From contig CAWHAE010000018.1 of NCBI GenBank assembly GCA_963827235.1, positions 192,001-256,000 on the forward strand: DNA of 64,000 nt, written 5' to 3'. Under the pieces are notes generated by a model. It was not told the origin of the DNA, did not search any database, and saw nothing but the letters and a program-made list of their open reading frames with translations. Below, one piece after another: positions 50,530 through 61,551 of the stretch. Made by a program: the position numbers and the translations under genes. The stretch is from an uncultured bacterium (GTDB lineage Bacteria > Chloroflexota > UBA5177 > JANWHV01). Position 1 is the first letter of the stretch. Each line of letters starts with the position of its first letter.

Positions 50530-51297
50530 TCAGGCCGCTGCCGCGGCGGCTTCGGGCACGCCGGCGCCGCAGGGCACGGGCGTCTGGCGCACCATCCGGA
50601 AGTTGAGTGCTCCGCACAGCACGATGAACGCGGCGCCGGTAGCTATCACCTGGCGCACGCCCAGCAGGTCGGCCAGCACCCCACCCCAAGCCAGCGAGAT
50701 CAGCAGGCCCGCGGCCACGGTCATGTTGCACAGGCTCATCACCCGGCCCATCATCTGATCCTCCGCGCTCAGCTGGATCAGCATGATGAAGGAGACGAGG
50801 GACATGCTGAACAGGAAGCCGACGGCGCCCACGGCCATCACGGCCACGCGCAGCGACGGCGCCAGCGCATAGGCAAGAAGTGCGCACCCGTTGGGAAGCA
50901 CCGGCCAGCGCACGAGGTGGTGGTAGTGCCAGGCCACGCGGCCGCCGGACCAAAGAACTGGGAGGCCCCGTTGACCAGCAGGGTGACCAGCACGATCAGC
51001 GGTAGCTGCGCGCGCATAGTCACCAGGAGGAGGGGCAGCAGCAGCGCGGCGCGGGTCAGCACGGCCGTGGCCATCATATGGCCGCGGTGCCAGCAATCGA
51101 CCAGGGCCTCGGCAACGGGCGAGAGGGCTAGCAAGGGCAGCGCTCCGGCCAGCCCCACGAGGCTGGTGCCCACGCCCGAGTGGGTCAGGCGATACACCCA
51201 CAGCAGCAGCTTTGCTGGCAGCGCCCAATCGGCAAACAGACTTGAGAAACTGCCCGACCCATAGCCGGGCGAAGCCGCCAGTGCGTAGGACCAGCAT
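50530..51297 (-). pseudogene. MFS transporter remnant (frameshifts plus internal deletion)
   Basis: MLVLRTGGFARLWVGQF; frame switch ~51243 to SLFADW...LVDCWHR...QFFGPA; then a C-terminal MFS piece LIQ....QMMGRVMSL; total length far below a 12-TM MFS. Confidence 0.7.
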
Positions 51298-51356
51298 CGT
51301 TCTCCCCGCCCCTCCGTCACGCGTCCGCATCAATCCACGGCCGCCGGCATCAACAG

Positions 51357-51617
51357 TCACACGCCGTGCTGCGGACCGGCACGCCTGCCGGCGAACACGC
51401 CGCGCAGCAGCGCCATCGGCGCGAAGCGGAGTGGGCGCGTCGCACACGCTCCACTCTCCGCGGCGACAGCCTCGAACGGGTACGGACTGGCAAACGTCCA
51501 TGGCGCCGGCGCGTCGCCGGCCGGGCTGGCTGGAGGGTCCGCGAACTGTGCGTCAACCATCGCAGTCAACAGCGACGGCAGCCAGGCTCGAACCCATGAG
51601 GTGTCATTCTGGTCCAT
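51357..51617 (-). CDS. Small hypothetical protein (86 aa)
   Basis: Strong RBS AGAGGAG 6 nt before ATG; no recognisable motif. Confidence 0.4.
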   Translation of the reverse strand: MDQNDTSWVRAWLPSLLTAMVDAQFADPPASPAGDAPAPWTFASPYPFEAVAAESGACATRPLRFAPMALLRGVFAGRRAGPQHGV

Positions 51618-52062
51618 GGTGGTCTCCTCTGCTTGTCTACCTCACGGCCTGCGCCGTGCGGCCAGTTGCTCATGCGTACCAGTCTGCGGTTCGCCGCTTC
51701 TCCCTACCACGCAGACCCGCGGTTCTACCCGCAGGGTTGCACGCAGCGGGCCAGCTTTGCGGCCCACAAGCCTGTCGCAGCGGCCGCCGTGGCGCATACC
51801 GCCAGGGAGCTAACCGTAAGCAACGCGCCGTGCTCCACGCGGAAGGCAGACCTGAAATCTGCGATCGAGCGCTTCGGAGAGCCGATCCTGGGACCGCAGC
51901 CCTCTCGACCGCCTCCGGACATGGCCGACATGGCTTCCATCGTCGCGAGACAACAATCTGCTGCATCCGCAATGCCCGGGTGGGCCCCCACGCGGATATG
52001 TCCACACGGTAGAAATCGGTCTGGTAGGCTAAGGTAATAGTCGCACCGCCGCGAGGGGGACC

Positions 52063-55044
52063 ATGCCTGCCGCACCGCCGAGCGTGTTCGGTTCACTGCT
52101 CAAGCAGTACAGATTGGCGGCCCGGCTCACGCAGGAGGCCCTGGCGGAGCGAGCGGGGCTGGGCGTGCGGAGCATCCAGGCGCTCGAGCGCGGGGACAGC
52201 CGGCCGCTACGGGACACGTTGCGCCGCCTTGCGGGCGCGCTTGCCCTCCCGGAGGGCGAGCAGGCCCGGCTGCTGGCGGCGGGTACGCCGGCCCCACGCC
52301 GGCTGTCGGCCGGCGGTGCAGCCGGGCCTGGCCGGCCGCCCCGCCACAATTTGCACTCTGACTGTGCGGCCCGGTCCGCCACCAATCGGGCAGTGCTGCT
52401 GGTCGGCCGCAGCCGAGAGCTGGCCCTGCTGGATCGGCATCTGTCCGGCCAGGGTCCCCCTGTGTTGCTCCTGGCAGGCCAGCCCGGCATCGGCAAATCG
52501 CGCCTGCTGCTGGAAGCGGCCGAGCACGCCCACGCTCAGGGCTGGCGGGTGCTGCACGCCGGCTGCACCCGTGCCGGCGGCCAGCAGCCCTTCGCCCCGC
52601 TGCTGCAGGCCCTCCAGCGTCGGCTCGTCGGCTGCACGACGGAGGAGCGCCGGCTGGATCTGCGCGGCTGTGCCTGGCTGGTGCGCCTGCTGCCGGAGCT
52701 TGCCGCGGACGAGATCGTGCCCCTTCCCAGCTGGCCGCTGCCGCCCGAACAGGAGCGACGCCTGATGTTCGACGCCGTACGGCAGTTCCTCACCAACGTG
52801 GCCGGACGAGCCGGCACCCTGTTGGTGCTGGACGACTTGCAGTGGGCGGAGAGCGACGCGCTGCAACTACTGGCCTCTTTGCTGCACCAGGCTCCGGCCT
52901 CCCCGGTGCGGGTCGTCGGGGCCTACCGCGATACCGACGTGGAGCCGGAGCACCCACTCCTCACTCTGCTGGCCGAGCTGGCCGAACGGCAAGAGGCACT
53001 GCAATACCGGCTGCGACCGTTGGCGGAAGAGGACGCACAGGATCTCCTCCATCAGCTACTGGGGGAGCGGGCAGGGGCAGCGCAGCCGGCACAGATCGTG
53101 CGGCGTACCGGGGGGGTGCCATTCTACATGGTCACCTATGTGGGTGGCCTGGAGCGCGAGGAAGCCGGCGCGGAGACGCCCGGGAACCTGCCCTGGGATC
53201 TGGGGCAGAGTATTCAGCGACGGGTGCAGGCGCTGCCTGAGCAGGCACGCGAGCTGCTGGCCGTGGCCGCGGTGGTCGGCCGTGTGGTTTCGCGCGCGCT
53301 GCTGCAGGCCGTGCTGGCTCGATCTGAGCAGGAGGTGCTCGACGCGGTGGAGCGTGCCTGCAGAGCCGGATTGCTCGAGGAAGCTGGGGTGGACAGCTAC
53401 GGCTTCGTGCACGACGTGATCCGGGAGGCGATCGAGGGGAACCTGCTGCCGGCCAGGCGGCGCCTGCTGCACCGGCGCGTGGCCGAGGCCCTGGAGGCTC
53501 AATCCGGCACGGCGTCCGTGGAGGCCCTGGCCTACCATTTCCGCGAGGCCGGCGAGCAGGCGCGGGCGGTGGCCTATCTGGAGCGGGCAGGCGATTTGGC
53601 TGCGTTGCGCTTCGCCCACGCGGCTGCCGCGGAGCACTATCGGGATCTGGTTAGCTGCCTGGAGGCCCTGGGACGTACGTCCGATCTGGTCGGCGCGGGC
53701 CAGAAACTCGCCGACGCGCTGGAAAGTACTCTGCACTTTGAGGCCACGCTGGCGGCGTTGGAGCATGTCGCGGAGACGCTGCGTCTGACCGGTGACCTGG
53801 GCGGCATGGGACGCGTAGAGGCGCAGATAGGCCTCATACAAGAAGCTCGCGGAGCAGTGGCGACGGGGCTGGCTCGCCTGCAGCCGATGGCGGCGCTGCT
53901 CGCGTCCCACGGTCTCTCGTCCAGTCTGGCGCTCGTGTACAGGTCGATGGCCCTGCTCTTCTCGCACGACGGCCAGCCCGACAGAGCGTTGGCGGCTGTC
54001 GAGCAAGGCATCGCTGCCGCGCGCGCAGCAGGAGATGACCTGGTTATGCCTCATCTCCAGGGGCTCCACGCGCTTTTCCTTCTGACGCTCAATCGTGCCG
54101 ATGACGCCCTGCAGGGGACGCAAGAGCTGGTACGATGGGCCGAAGAAGCCGGAGATACCACCGCACTCGCCTGGTCGCTCGCGTTTTGCGCCTGGATCCA
54201 TGAAGAACGTGGAGAGTACGAGCAAGATCGACGCTGCGCTGCCCGCGCCCTTGAGCTGGCGGAGCAGCTGCGCAATCCGTATGTCCTCATCTGGAGTACG
54301 GTCCGGTTGGGCCTGAGTGCCCTCCTGACCGGCGATTGGCCGCTGGCGCACACGTGGCTGGAGAAGGCCATGGCCTTCACCGCCGAGGTCGGGCTCACCG
54401 AAGGCCATTGGTATACGACACCCCGGGTAGACCTTGGACGCCTCTGCACGGCCGAGGGCGCCTGGGAGGAAGCATCCCGCTACCTGGAGGAAAGCCTGGC
54501 CGCCTACGCCGAGAGCGGCCAGGCTAATCTGCGACAGGTAGCGCATGCACACCTCGCCGAGCGCGACATCCTCACCGGGCGGCCGGCAGCAGCCCAGGCG
54601 CGGCTCCTCCCCCTGCTGGATCGTCCCGGTGTGGAAGAGCGGACGGTCTCGCAGTATGTTCTACCGGTGCTGGCCTGGGCCCAGCTGGAGTTGGGCGAGT
54701 CGCAGCGTGCCGCGGCCACGGCGGCAGAGGCGGCTAGACGCGTACGCACCGGGCAGTGCCGGCTGGGGTTGGTCCACACGCTGCGGGTCCAGGCGATGGC
54801 AGCGATCGCTCAATCACGCTGGGAGGATGTCGCACCCGCCCTGGAGGAAGGCCTTGCCATGGCGCGGAGCATGCCGTACCCGCACGGCGAGGGCCGCCTT
54901 CTGCACGTCTACGGCCGGATGCACCTGGCGCGTGGAGAAGTGGAGCCGGCACGCCTGCGACTGGACGCGGCGCTGGCCATCTTCCGGCGGCTGGGGGCAC
55001 ACAAGGATGTCGAGCGTGTCGAGCAGGACTTGACCATCCTGTAG
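52063..55044 (+). CDS. XRE-HTH + AAA_16/STAND ATPase + TPR-like regulator
   Basis: FGSLLKQYR..LTQEALAE; LVGRSREL; Walker A GQPGIGKS; Walker B LVLDDLQWA; GGVPFY, FVHDVIRE, LAYHF; helical repeat C-terminus. Confidence 0.92.
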   Translation: MPAAPPSVFGSLLKQYRLAARLTQEALAERAGLGVRSIQALERGDSRPLRDTLRRLAGALALPEGEQARLLAAGTPAPRRLSAGGAAGPGRPPRHNLHSDCAARSATNRAVLLVGRSRELALLDRHLSGQGPPVLLLAGQPGIGKSRLLLEAAEHAHAQGWRVLHAGCTRAGGQQPFAPLLQALQRRLVGCTTEERRLDLRGCAWLVRLLPELAADEIVPLPSWPLPPEQERRLMFDAVRQFLTNVAGRAGTLLVLDDLQWAESDALQLLASLLHQAPASPVRVVGAYRDTDVEPEHPLLTLLAELAERQEALQYRLRPLAEEDAQDLLHQLLGERAGAAQPAQIVRRTGGVPFYMVTYVGGLEREEAGAETPGNLPWDLGQSIQRRVQALPEQARELLAVAAVVGRVVSRALLQAVLARSEQEVLDAVERACRAGLLEEAGVDSYGFVHDVIREAIEGNLLPARRRLLHRRVAEALEAQSGTASVEALAYHFREAGEQARAVAYLERAGDLAALRFAHAAAAEHYRDLVSCLEALGRTSDLVGAGQKLADALESTLHFEATLAALEHVAETLRLTGDLGGMGRVEAQIGLIQEARGAVATGLARLQPMAALLASHGLSSSLALVYRSMALLFSHDGQPDRALAAVEQGIAAARAAGDDLVMPHLQGLHALFLLTLNRADDALQGTQELVRWAEEAGDTTALAWSLAFCAWIHEERGEYEQDRRCAARALELAEQLRNPYVLIWSTVRLGLSALLTGDWPLAHTWLEKAMAFTAEVGLTEGHWYTTPRVDLGRLCTAEGAWEEASRYLEESLAAYAESGQANLRQVAHAHLAERDILTGRPAAAQARLLPLLDRPGVEERTVSQYVLPVLAWAQLELGESQRAAATAAEAARRVRTGQCRLGLVHTLRVQAMAAIAQSRWEDVAPALEEGLAMARSMPYPHGEGRLLHVYGRMHLARGEVEPARLRLDAALAIFRRLGAHKDVERVEQDLTIL

Positions 55045-55319
55045 CGGCGGCCAACCGCGAGTCGCCAATTCCGAATCCAGGCGGTTCCGATGGCTTCCCG
55101 CCTGCCCGCGTGAGCATCAGCTGCGATGACGGCCAGGCGAGTGATAAGGCCATTGATCGCGCCACGCTGACTGCTGGGACAGCTTTGAAGCCGCGGATGT
55201 CCTTCGCCTCCGGCGCCCGAGCATCACGGCCAAAGACCACCGGTGGCGGCACTCGCAAGACGCGGCGAGTCGTCCGCGAAGTGTTTGGCAGTCCGCGAAG
55301 CGTGGGCTGATCGCGTACG

Positions 55320-56222
55320 TCAGGCCGGCCACGTGGAGGCCGCCGGCAGGACCTGCACGCTCACCGACAGCTCGCTTCTGGTCGTCCCCTTATACACGCC
55401 ATGCGTCGGCGGCACGTCGGCGTAATCGCGGCCAACGGCCACGCGGATGTGGCGCTCGCCGGCAATCAGATCGTTCGTTGGGTCAAAGCCCACCCAGCCC
55501 AGCTCCGGCAGCAGGGCCTCGACCCAGGCATGTGAGGCATCGTGCGCGCCCGCCGAGTCCGCCCGATCCGCCGGCTGGTCGTCGCCTGCCTCCTCAGCCG
55601 CGCGGTGATGCAGATAGCCGCTCACGTACCGGCACGGCACTCCCAGCTCGCGTACGAGGGCAATCATCACGTGCGCGAAGTCCTGGCATACCCCCCGGCG
55701 GAGGCGCAGCGCGTCGTCGATCGGCGAGTCGACCTTCGTCGTGTCCAGCGCATAGACGAAGCTGCCGTGCACGGCGTGGCTGACCCGGCTCAGCGTAGTG
55801 AGCGGATCGCTGTCGCGCGCGATGCCCAGCTCGGCCGCCAAGCCCCTCAGTAGCGGACTCGGCCAGGCAAAGCGGCTGGGCGCCAGTGTGTCCCAGTATG
55901 CATCCGAGCTCGTCAGGGAGTCCAGAGCGCTCCAGGCATCGCCGGGCAGGGCGGGCGGCAGCGTGAGCGGCGCATCCACCTCCACCGAGGCGCTGGCCGT
56001 AATGGTCAGATGCGAGTGGCCGTGCAGGATGTCGAAGTAGTGCACGATGTTGCCGTCCGCGTCGCGATAGGCCGACACATGGGAGCGCGGACTCGTCTGC
56101 AGATCGAAGGTCAGGCAGCGTTGCCGCCCGTCCGTCCGCGGCTGCATGCGCGCCTCCACCACGCTCTCGCAGATCGGGTCGTGATAGCTGAACTTCGTAA
56201 CGTGCTTGAGTACATAGCGCAT
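55320..56222 (-). CDS. Transglutaminase family protein (Bact_transglu_N + core)
   Basis: H.T.F.Y N-terminal domain; GVCQDFAH, SHAWVE, GFDPTN catalytic triad; GRDYADVPP. Confidence 0.93.
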   Translation of the reverse strand: MRYVLKHVTKFSYHDPICESVVEARMQPRTDGRQRCLTFDLQTSPRSHVSAYRDADGNIVHYFDILHGHSHLTITASASVEVDAPLTLPPALPGDAWSALDSLTSSDAYWDTLAPSRFAWPSPLLRGLAAELGIARDSDPLTTLSRVSHAVHGSFVYALDTTKVDSPIDDALRLRRGVCQDFAHVMIALVRELGVPCRYVSGYLHHRAAEEAGDDQPADRADSAGAHDASHAWVEALLPELGWVGFDPTNDLIAGERHIRVAVGRDYADVPPTHGVYKGTTRSELSVSVQVLPAASTWPA

Positions 56223-56238
56223 GCGGACTGTCGCCGTT

Positions 56239-57240
56239 CTACTGATCTATGGTGGCGGCGGCTGCCACGGCCGCGGGATATACCTGCGCCCTGCCGTCCG
56301 GAATTCGCCGTGGCGCGATGTACGTGTGGCCGGCGGCAGTATGAATCTCGGCGCAGAGATGCTGAACCTCCCTCAGGAAGGCATGCGCGTCACCGCCCGG
56401 TAGATCCTCAATCTGAGCATAGTCCAGCATGGCACGCAGTCGCCCTGCCAGGCGATCGGTGCGGCCACCAGTTCGCCCGGTCCCCCGGCCGATAGCCTGC
56501 AGGGAGGTCTGCATCATGCCGGCGCAACACCTGAGCGAGTGTGGAAAGGCCGGATCGAACAGCAGGAACTGCAGGACGCGCGTCGGCTCCAGCGCTGCCG
56601 AATGGACCTTGCAGAAGGCCTCGACGGCCACGCAGCACTCGAGCAGGCCGGCCATCTCCAGATACGTCGATGCATCGGGCGAGTGCCCCGCGCGCACCGA
56701 GCTGCCCAGGTGCGAGTCCAGCAGCACCGTCATGGATTCTGCGCGCTCGAGAAACCGGCCGAGCTGGATGAAATGCCAGCCTTCGCCGTGCGTCATCGTA
56801 TCGTCGGTGACGCCCTGAAAGAGATACACACCGCTCTTCACGGTGACATAGCAGCCGTGTGGCTCGACCAGCCACTTCTCCGCCATGCCGGGATCCTGGA
56901 AGCTCAGGTAGAGCCGGTTGACCTGCTCCCACATCTCCGACGAGATCTCCTGGCGAGCCTGTCGCGTGTTCTCGCGCGCGAACGAGATGCAGGCCAGTAC
57001 CGATGCAGGGTTCGTGAGATCGAACGTGAGCACGCGCGCGATCTGCTCGGGAAGGGCCGGCGCCTCCACGGGCATCGCCACCCGCAAGCCGTCGCACACG
57101 CGTTGCCAGTGTGCCTCGGTCGGCTGCCTCGGCTGCTCCTGCTCCCGGTGCAGGTGCACGTCGATCACGCGCGCCGTGTGCCCGGCGCGTTCCAGGTAGC
57201 GGCTAGCCCAATACAGGTTCTCGGCGACGCGCGACAGCAT
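56239..57240 (-). CDS. Alpha-E domain protein
   Basis: MLSRVAENLYWASRYLERA; ARENTR; GRFLERA; FP.SL. Confidence 0.93.
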   Translation of the reverse strand: MLSRVAENLYWASRYLERAGHTARVIDVHLHREQEQPRQPTEAHWQRVCDGLRVAMPVEAPALPEQIARVLTFDLTNPASVLACISFARENTRQARQEISSEMWEQVNRLYLSFQDPGMAEKWLVEPHGCYVTVKSGVYLFQGVTDDTMTHGEGWHFIQLGRFLERAESMTVLLDSHLGSSVRAGHSPDASTYLEMAGLLECCVAVEAFCKVHSAALEPTRVLQFLLFDPAFPHSLRCCAGMMQTSLQAIGRGTGRTGGRTDRLAGRLRAMLDYAQIEDLPGGDAHAFLREVQHLCAEIHTAAGHTYIAPRRIPDGRAQVYPAAVAAAATIDQ

Positions 57241-57273
57241 TCCCGCCCTCCTTTCCGGACCGGATCCGCCGCC

Positions 57274-58797
57274 TCATTCCGCCAACACCCACGTGTCCTT
57301 GCTGCCGCCGCCTTGAGACGAGTTCACCACCAGGGAGCCCTCTCTCAGGGCTACCCGGGTGAGTCCGCCCGGTATCACGGAGACTGTCCCGCTGTAGAGC
57401 ACGAACGGCCTCAGATCGACGTGCCGCGGCACGACCCGCCCTTCGACGAAGCATGGGGCCCGAGAGAGGGCCAGGGTCGGCTGGGCAATGTAGCCGCGCG
57501 GATCGGCCTGGATCCGCTCGCGGAACTCCTCGCGCTCGGCGGCGGTGCTGTGAGGCCCGATCAGCATGCCGTATCCTCCCGATTGGCCGGTGGCCTTCAC
57601 CACCAGATCTTGCAGGTGCTCCAGCACGTACCGGCGCTGCAGGCGATCGGTGAGCAGATATGTCTCGACGTTGGGCAGCACCGGCTCTTCAGCCAGGTAG
57701 TAGCGAATGATCTTGGGAACGTAGGCATAGACGGCTTTGTCGTCGGCCACGCCGGTGCCGATCGCGTTGGCCAGAGTCACGTTGCCCTCGTGCCAGGCGT
57801 GCACTAGACCGGCCACGCCCAGCAACGAGTCGGCGCGAAACGCCAACGGATCGAGGAAGTCGTCGTCCACCCGACGGTAGATGACGTCCACGCGCTGCAA
57901 TCCGGCCGTCGTGCGCATATACACCGTGCCGTCGTGCACGAGCAGGTCCCGGCCTTCCGCCAGATCGATGCCCATCTGATGGGCCAGAAACGTGTGCTCG
58001 AAATATGCGGAGTTGTGTATGCCCGGCGAGAGCAGGACGACCGTCGGATCGGTCCTTCCAGGCGGTGCGATCGCGCGCAGCGTGTTCAGCAAGGACTGCG
58101 CGTAATGATCGATCGATCGCACCGCGTAACGGTCGAACATGGGCTTGCAGACGTGTTTCATCACTCGCCGGTTCACGAGCATGTACGAGGCACCACTCGG
58201 CACCCGCAAGTTGTCCTCGAGCACGGCAAACGATCCGTCTTCGAGGCGGACCAGGTCGCTGCCGACGATCGCCGCATAGACGTCGCGCGGCACCTGCAGC
58301 CCCCTGATCTCCCGCCGATACTGGGGACAGCTGTAGATCAGAGCGCGCGGCACGACGCCGTCGGCCAGAATGCGGCCCTCGTGATAGATATCCTTGAGAA
58401 AGAGGTTCAGAGCGGTGACGCGCTGTGTCAGGCCGCGCTCGATGGTCGCCCACTCGGCGGCCGTGATCAGGCGCGGCAGGAGATCGTATGGCCAGACGCG
58501 CTCGGTTCCCTGCTCCTGGCCATAGACGTTGAACGTGATCCCCTCATGGAGGAATGCCTTCTCGGCAGAATCCTGGCGATAGTGCAGGTCGAAAGCCGGC
58601 AAGTCGTAAAGACGGTTGTAGAGCTCTTGATACGGCGACCGGGGCCGGCCCGCGGCATCGAACATCTCGTCAAAGGAAGCCTCGAGCGGATAGCCGCCGA
58701 ACGGCGACACGCGATCTTCGCGCACGCGGCGCAGACGGGCGACGGGGGGCAGCGTTGGCTGGCTCACAGGCAATTCAAACGGCTGCACAATACCCAC
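57274..58797 (-). CDS. Circularly permuted type 2 ATP-grasp protein
   Basis: [69 protein letters not shown]. Confidence 0.95.
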   Translation of the reverse strand: MGIVQPFELPVSQPTLPPVARLRRVREDRVSPFGGYPLEASFDEMFDAAGRPRSPYQELYNRLYDLPAFDLHYRQDSAEKAFLHEGITFNVYGQEQGTERVWPYDLLPRLITAAEWATIERGLTQRVTALNLFLKDIYHEGRILADGVVPRALIYSCPQYRREIRGLQVPRDVYAAIVGSDLVRLEDGSFAVLEDNLRVPSGASYMLVNRRVMKHVCKPMFDRYAVRSIDHYAQSLLNTLRAIAPPGRTDPTVVLLSPGIHNSAYFEHTFLAHQMGIDLAEGRDLLVHDGTVYMRTTAGLQRVDVIYRRVDDDFLDPLAFRADSLLGVAGLVHAWHEGNVTLANAIGTGVADDKAVYAYVPKIIRYYLAEEPVLPNVETYLLTDRLQRRYVLEHLQDLVVKATGQSGGYGMLIGPHSTAAEREEFRERIQADPRGYIAQPTLALSRAPCFVEGRVVPRHVDLRPFVLYSGTVSVIPGGLTRVALREGSLVVNSSQGGGSKDTWVLAE

Positions 58798-59123
58798 GGT
58801 TCCTTCCTGGCGCGACGAGGCAGTGTGGATGCCACACCCCTTGCCACATCTCCACTGCTTCCCGAGCAGGGACTGTCGTTACGTCACGCTACGCCGCCGG
58901 CAGCCTCGGTCGCCGAGGAGTGCCGCCCCGTGCAGCACCTCGCTGCGGGAAAGCGGCTCAGGCAACGCTGCCTACAGAAACGACAAAACCGCTCACACCG
59001 GTGAGCGGCAACACAGCCGGGCTCGCGTGCACGGCGACGAGCACCGTCGAGCACGCACCCCTTGTGCTCGATACGAATGCGTTGAGGCTATCAAGTCCGT
59101 GCTTACGGGTCAAGCCGGCGCGA

Positions 59124-60194
59124 TTAGGGCATCAATACCGCTTTCACGGCCTCGCGCTGCTGCATGGCCGCGAACGCCGTCCGCCAATCGAGCAAATCGT
59201 ATTCGCGCAGCAGGGGACGAACGTTCAGCGTGCCTGCCACCATCAGGCGCAAGACGCGCTCCCAGGTATCGAAGCCGTGTCCGAATGAGCCGCGCAGCGT
59301 CGCGGCCTTTCTCACCAGCGGGTCGAGGTTCACGAACGACGAGCTGCCGCTCAAGCCGATGCGTGTGATCTGCCCGCCCGGGCGCACGATGCGTATCGCC
59401 TGCTCGAGCGCAGTCTGCGAGCCGGAGGTCTCGATCACGAGCTGTGGCCCGGCCCCATCGCCCAGATCCTCGAACAGCGCCGGCAGGTTTCCATAGCCGG
59501 AATCCACCGTCTGGGTGGCGCCGAACCCGTATGCCAGCTTGAGGCGAGCGCCGTCCTCGGCCAGCCCGACCACGATCAGGTTTGAGGCACCCAGGGTCAT
59601 CACGATCTGCGTGCACAGCAGTCCTATCGACCCCGGCCCGAAAATAACCACCGTGTCGCCTGGTCGCACGCACGACCGGTCGATGCATGCCGTGGCTGCC
59701 ACACAGCACGGTTCTGCGGCCGCGCCTTCCTGCCACGAGATCGCCTGGGGCAGTCTGTGCAGCAGCCCTGCACGCACGACGATGAACTCGGCACACGCCC
59801 CGTCGGCTTCCTGACCGAAGCCGGCACGCCGCGGACAGAGGCTGAAGCGACCGCTCATACAGTATTCGCAGGTGCCGCACACGCTGGCCGACGGCTCGCA
59901 CACGACACGGTCGCCCGCGTGCCACGCCGTGACCCCATCGCCGACCGCCCAGACCTCGCCGCTGAACTCATGCCCGATGATCACCGGAGTGCGCACGGTC
60001 CATGGCTGCGTTCCGCTGAACCGCTGGATGTCGCCGCCGCAGATCGCAGCCGCGCGCACCCTGATCAGCACTTCTCCCGCCGCCGGCCGCTGGACTGCCA
60101 CGGCGCGCATCTCGAGGGCGCGGGGCTCCGGTGCATACTGCACGAGCGCACGCATGGTGACCGGCAGATCGGTATGGCCTGTCATACCAGACAT
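59124..60194 (-). CDS. Zinc-dependent medium-chain alcohol/polyol dehydrogenase
   Basis: ICGGD, GHEFSG, CGTCEYC...C structural Zn site, GPGSIG NAD motif. Confidence 0.92.
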   Translation of the reverse strand: MSGMTGHTDLPVTMRALVQYAPEPRALEMRAVAVQRPAAGEVLIRVRAAAICGGDIQRFSGTQPWTVRTPVIIGHEFSGEVWAVGDGVTAWHAGDRVVCEPSASVCGTCEYCMSGRFSLCPRRAGFGQEADGACAEFIVVRAGLLHRLPQAISWQEGAAAEPCCVAATACIDRSCVRPGDTVVIFGPGSIGLLCTQIVMTLGASNLIVVGLAEDGARLKLAYGFGATQTVDSGYGNLPALFEDLGDGAGPQLVIETSGSQTALEQAIRIVRPGGQITRIGLSGSSSFVNLDPLVRKAATLRGSFGHGFDTWERVLRLMVAGTLNVRPLLREYDLLDWRTAFAAMQQREAVKAVLMP

Positions 60195-60259
60195 GATCGG
60201 TCCTTATCCTACCCGAGTCAAGAGCGTTATCGCGTAGCCCAAATGGCTGGTCTGCACAG

Positions 60260-61225
60260 TCAGCGCGCCGTTCGGGCCGGCTCCTTCAGTTCCTCTGTGC
60301 GGATCTTCACGTAGGTGCGGTAGCGTTCGGGGTCGATGAGACACTGCTCCAGTGCGCGGCGTACGGCGCACGACGGCTCGTGAACGTGCGTGCAGCGCGC
60401 AAACCGGCAGGCATCGAGATAGGGCCGCATCTCCGGAAAGAGTAGTGGGAGCTCCTCTGGACTCAAGTCCCAGAGAGCCAGCTCTCGCAGTCCGGGCGTG
60501 TCTGCCAGGTATCCGCCGATATCCAGGGCGACCAGCTCGGAGACCGTGGTCGTGTGCCTGCCCTTCCCCGTGGCGGCGCTCACCGCCTCTGCCCTGAGAT
60601 GCAGGCCGGGCTGCAAGGCGTTCAAGATGGTCGACTTGCCGACGCCGGACGGTCCGATGATCGTGCTGATCCGCCCGGCGAGCAGGGCGCGCAGCCTGTC
60701 GAATCCCTGACCCGTCCGGCTGCTGCTGATCACCACGTGGTAGCCGATATCGCCGTATGCCTGCATGGCGCTCTCGGCTTCCTGCTGCGTGCCGAGATCG
60801 AGCTTGGTCACCAGTATCACCGGCGTTATCTCGCTTTGCTCGGCAGCCAGAAGAAAGCGATCCAGGCGCGCTCGGTTGAGCGGCGGCTCGCGCAGGGCCA
60901 CGGCAAGGACTACCAGGTCGATGTTCGCGGCCAGCACTTGCTTGAGTCCCGTCTCGCCGCTTGCCTGGCGGGCAAGCTCGTTCCGGCGCGGGCTGACACG
61001 CTCTATCACACCCTCGGTGGCAGAGAGTCGGCGGATCACCGCCCGATCGCCCACGACAACCGGGTTCTTGACGGTCCGTCGCCCCTGCTTGAAACGTCCG
61101 GGCAGGGTGCACGTCACGGTTTCGTCCCCCACGCGCACGGTATAGAACCCACTCTGTGCGCGCAGCACCAGGCCCTCGATCGTATCTACCGTAAAGCCAC
61201 CGCTCCAGCGCTCCGTCGCGCGCAC
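60260..61225 (-). CDS. rsgA: Ribosome small subunit-dependent GTPase A; start approximate
   Basis: OB-fold VVGD; ANID, TKLD, GPSGVGKST, GRHTT, DTPG; CRFARCTHVHEPSC zinc finger. Confidence 0.95.
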   Translation of the reverse strand: MRATERWSGGFTVDTIEGLVLRAQSGFYTVRVGDETVTCTLPGRFKQGRRTVKNPVVVGDRAVIRRLSATEGVIERVSPRRNELARQASGETGLKQVLAANIDLVVLAVALREPPLNRARLDRFLLAAEQSEITPVILVTKLDLGTQQEAESAMQAYGDIGYHVVISSSRTGQGFDRLRALLAGRISTIIGPSGVGKSTILNALQPGLHLRAEAVSAATGKGRHTTTVSELVALDIGGYLADTPGLRELALWDLSPEELPLLFPEMRPYLDACRFARCTHVHEPSCAVRRALEQCLIDPERYRTYVKIRTEELKEPARTAR

Positions 61226-61363
61226 TCCCCGCCGCTCCGGCACAACACATGCCGTCGCGGGCGCCGGCGGCATGGCCGCGACACCGTGCATTGTAACCCG
61301 GAAGGCAGGCAAGCACGGCAAGCGGTCGTAGCGCGCTGCCTGGCTGCGGCCGGCCACACGAGA

Positions 61364-61418
61364 CTTAATACACGTTTAACGCCGAGTTAACCATGGCCTC
61401 TTCCGCCGGCGTTACGCT
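61364..61418 (+). promoter_or_regulatory. Pho-box-like triple direct repeat (11-bp period) plus -10 element upstream of GT4
   Basis: CTTAATAC-acg-TTTAACGC-cga-GTTAACCA (61364-61393); TACGCT at 61413-61418. Confidence 0.6.
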
Positions 61419-61551
61419 GGCGTTGAAACCGGCATGCCCGATCGGAAACCGTGGCCGGTCGGATGTCAGCGGCAACTGCCATGGTGTACATGCACGCCGG
61501 GAGTGATAGCGCGTACCGCATGGTCGCGGCGCGTTGCGCCGGGGTGGCGCG

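Noticed and set aside
58878-58892. GTTAC-GTCAC-GCTAC upstream of the ATP-grasp operon as a possible GlnR box
   Set aside because: Spacing does not match GTNAC-N6-GTNAC; too short to support
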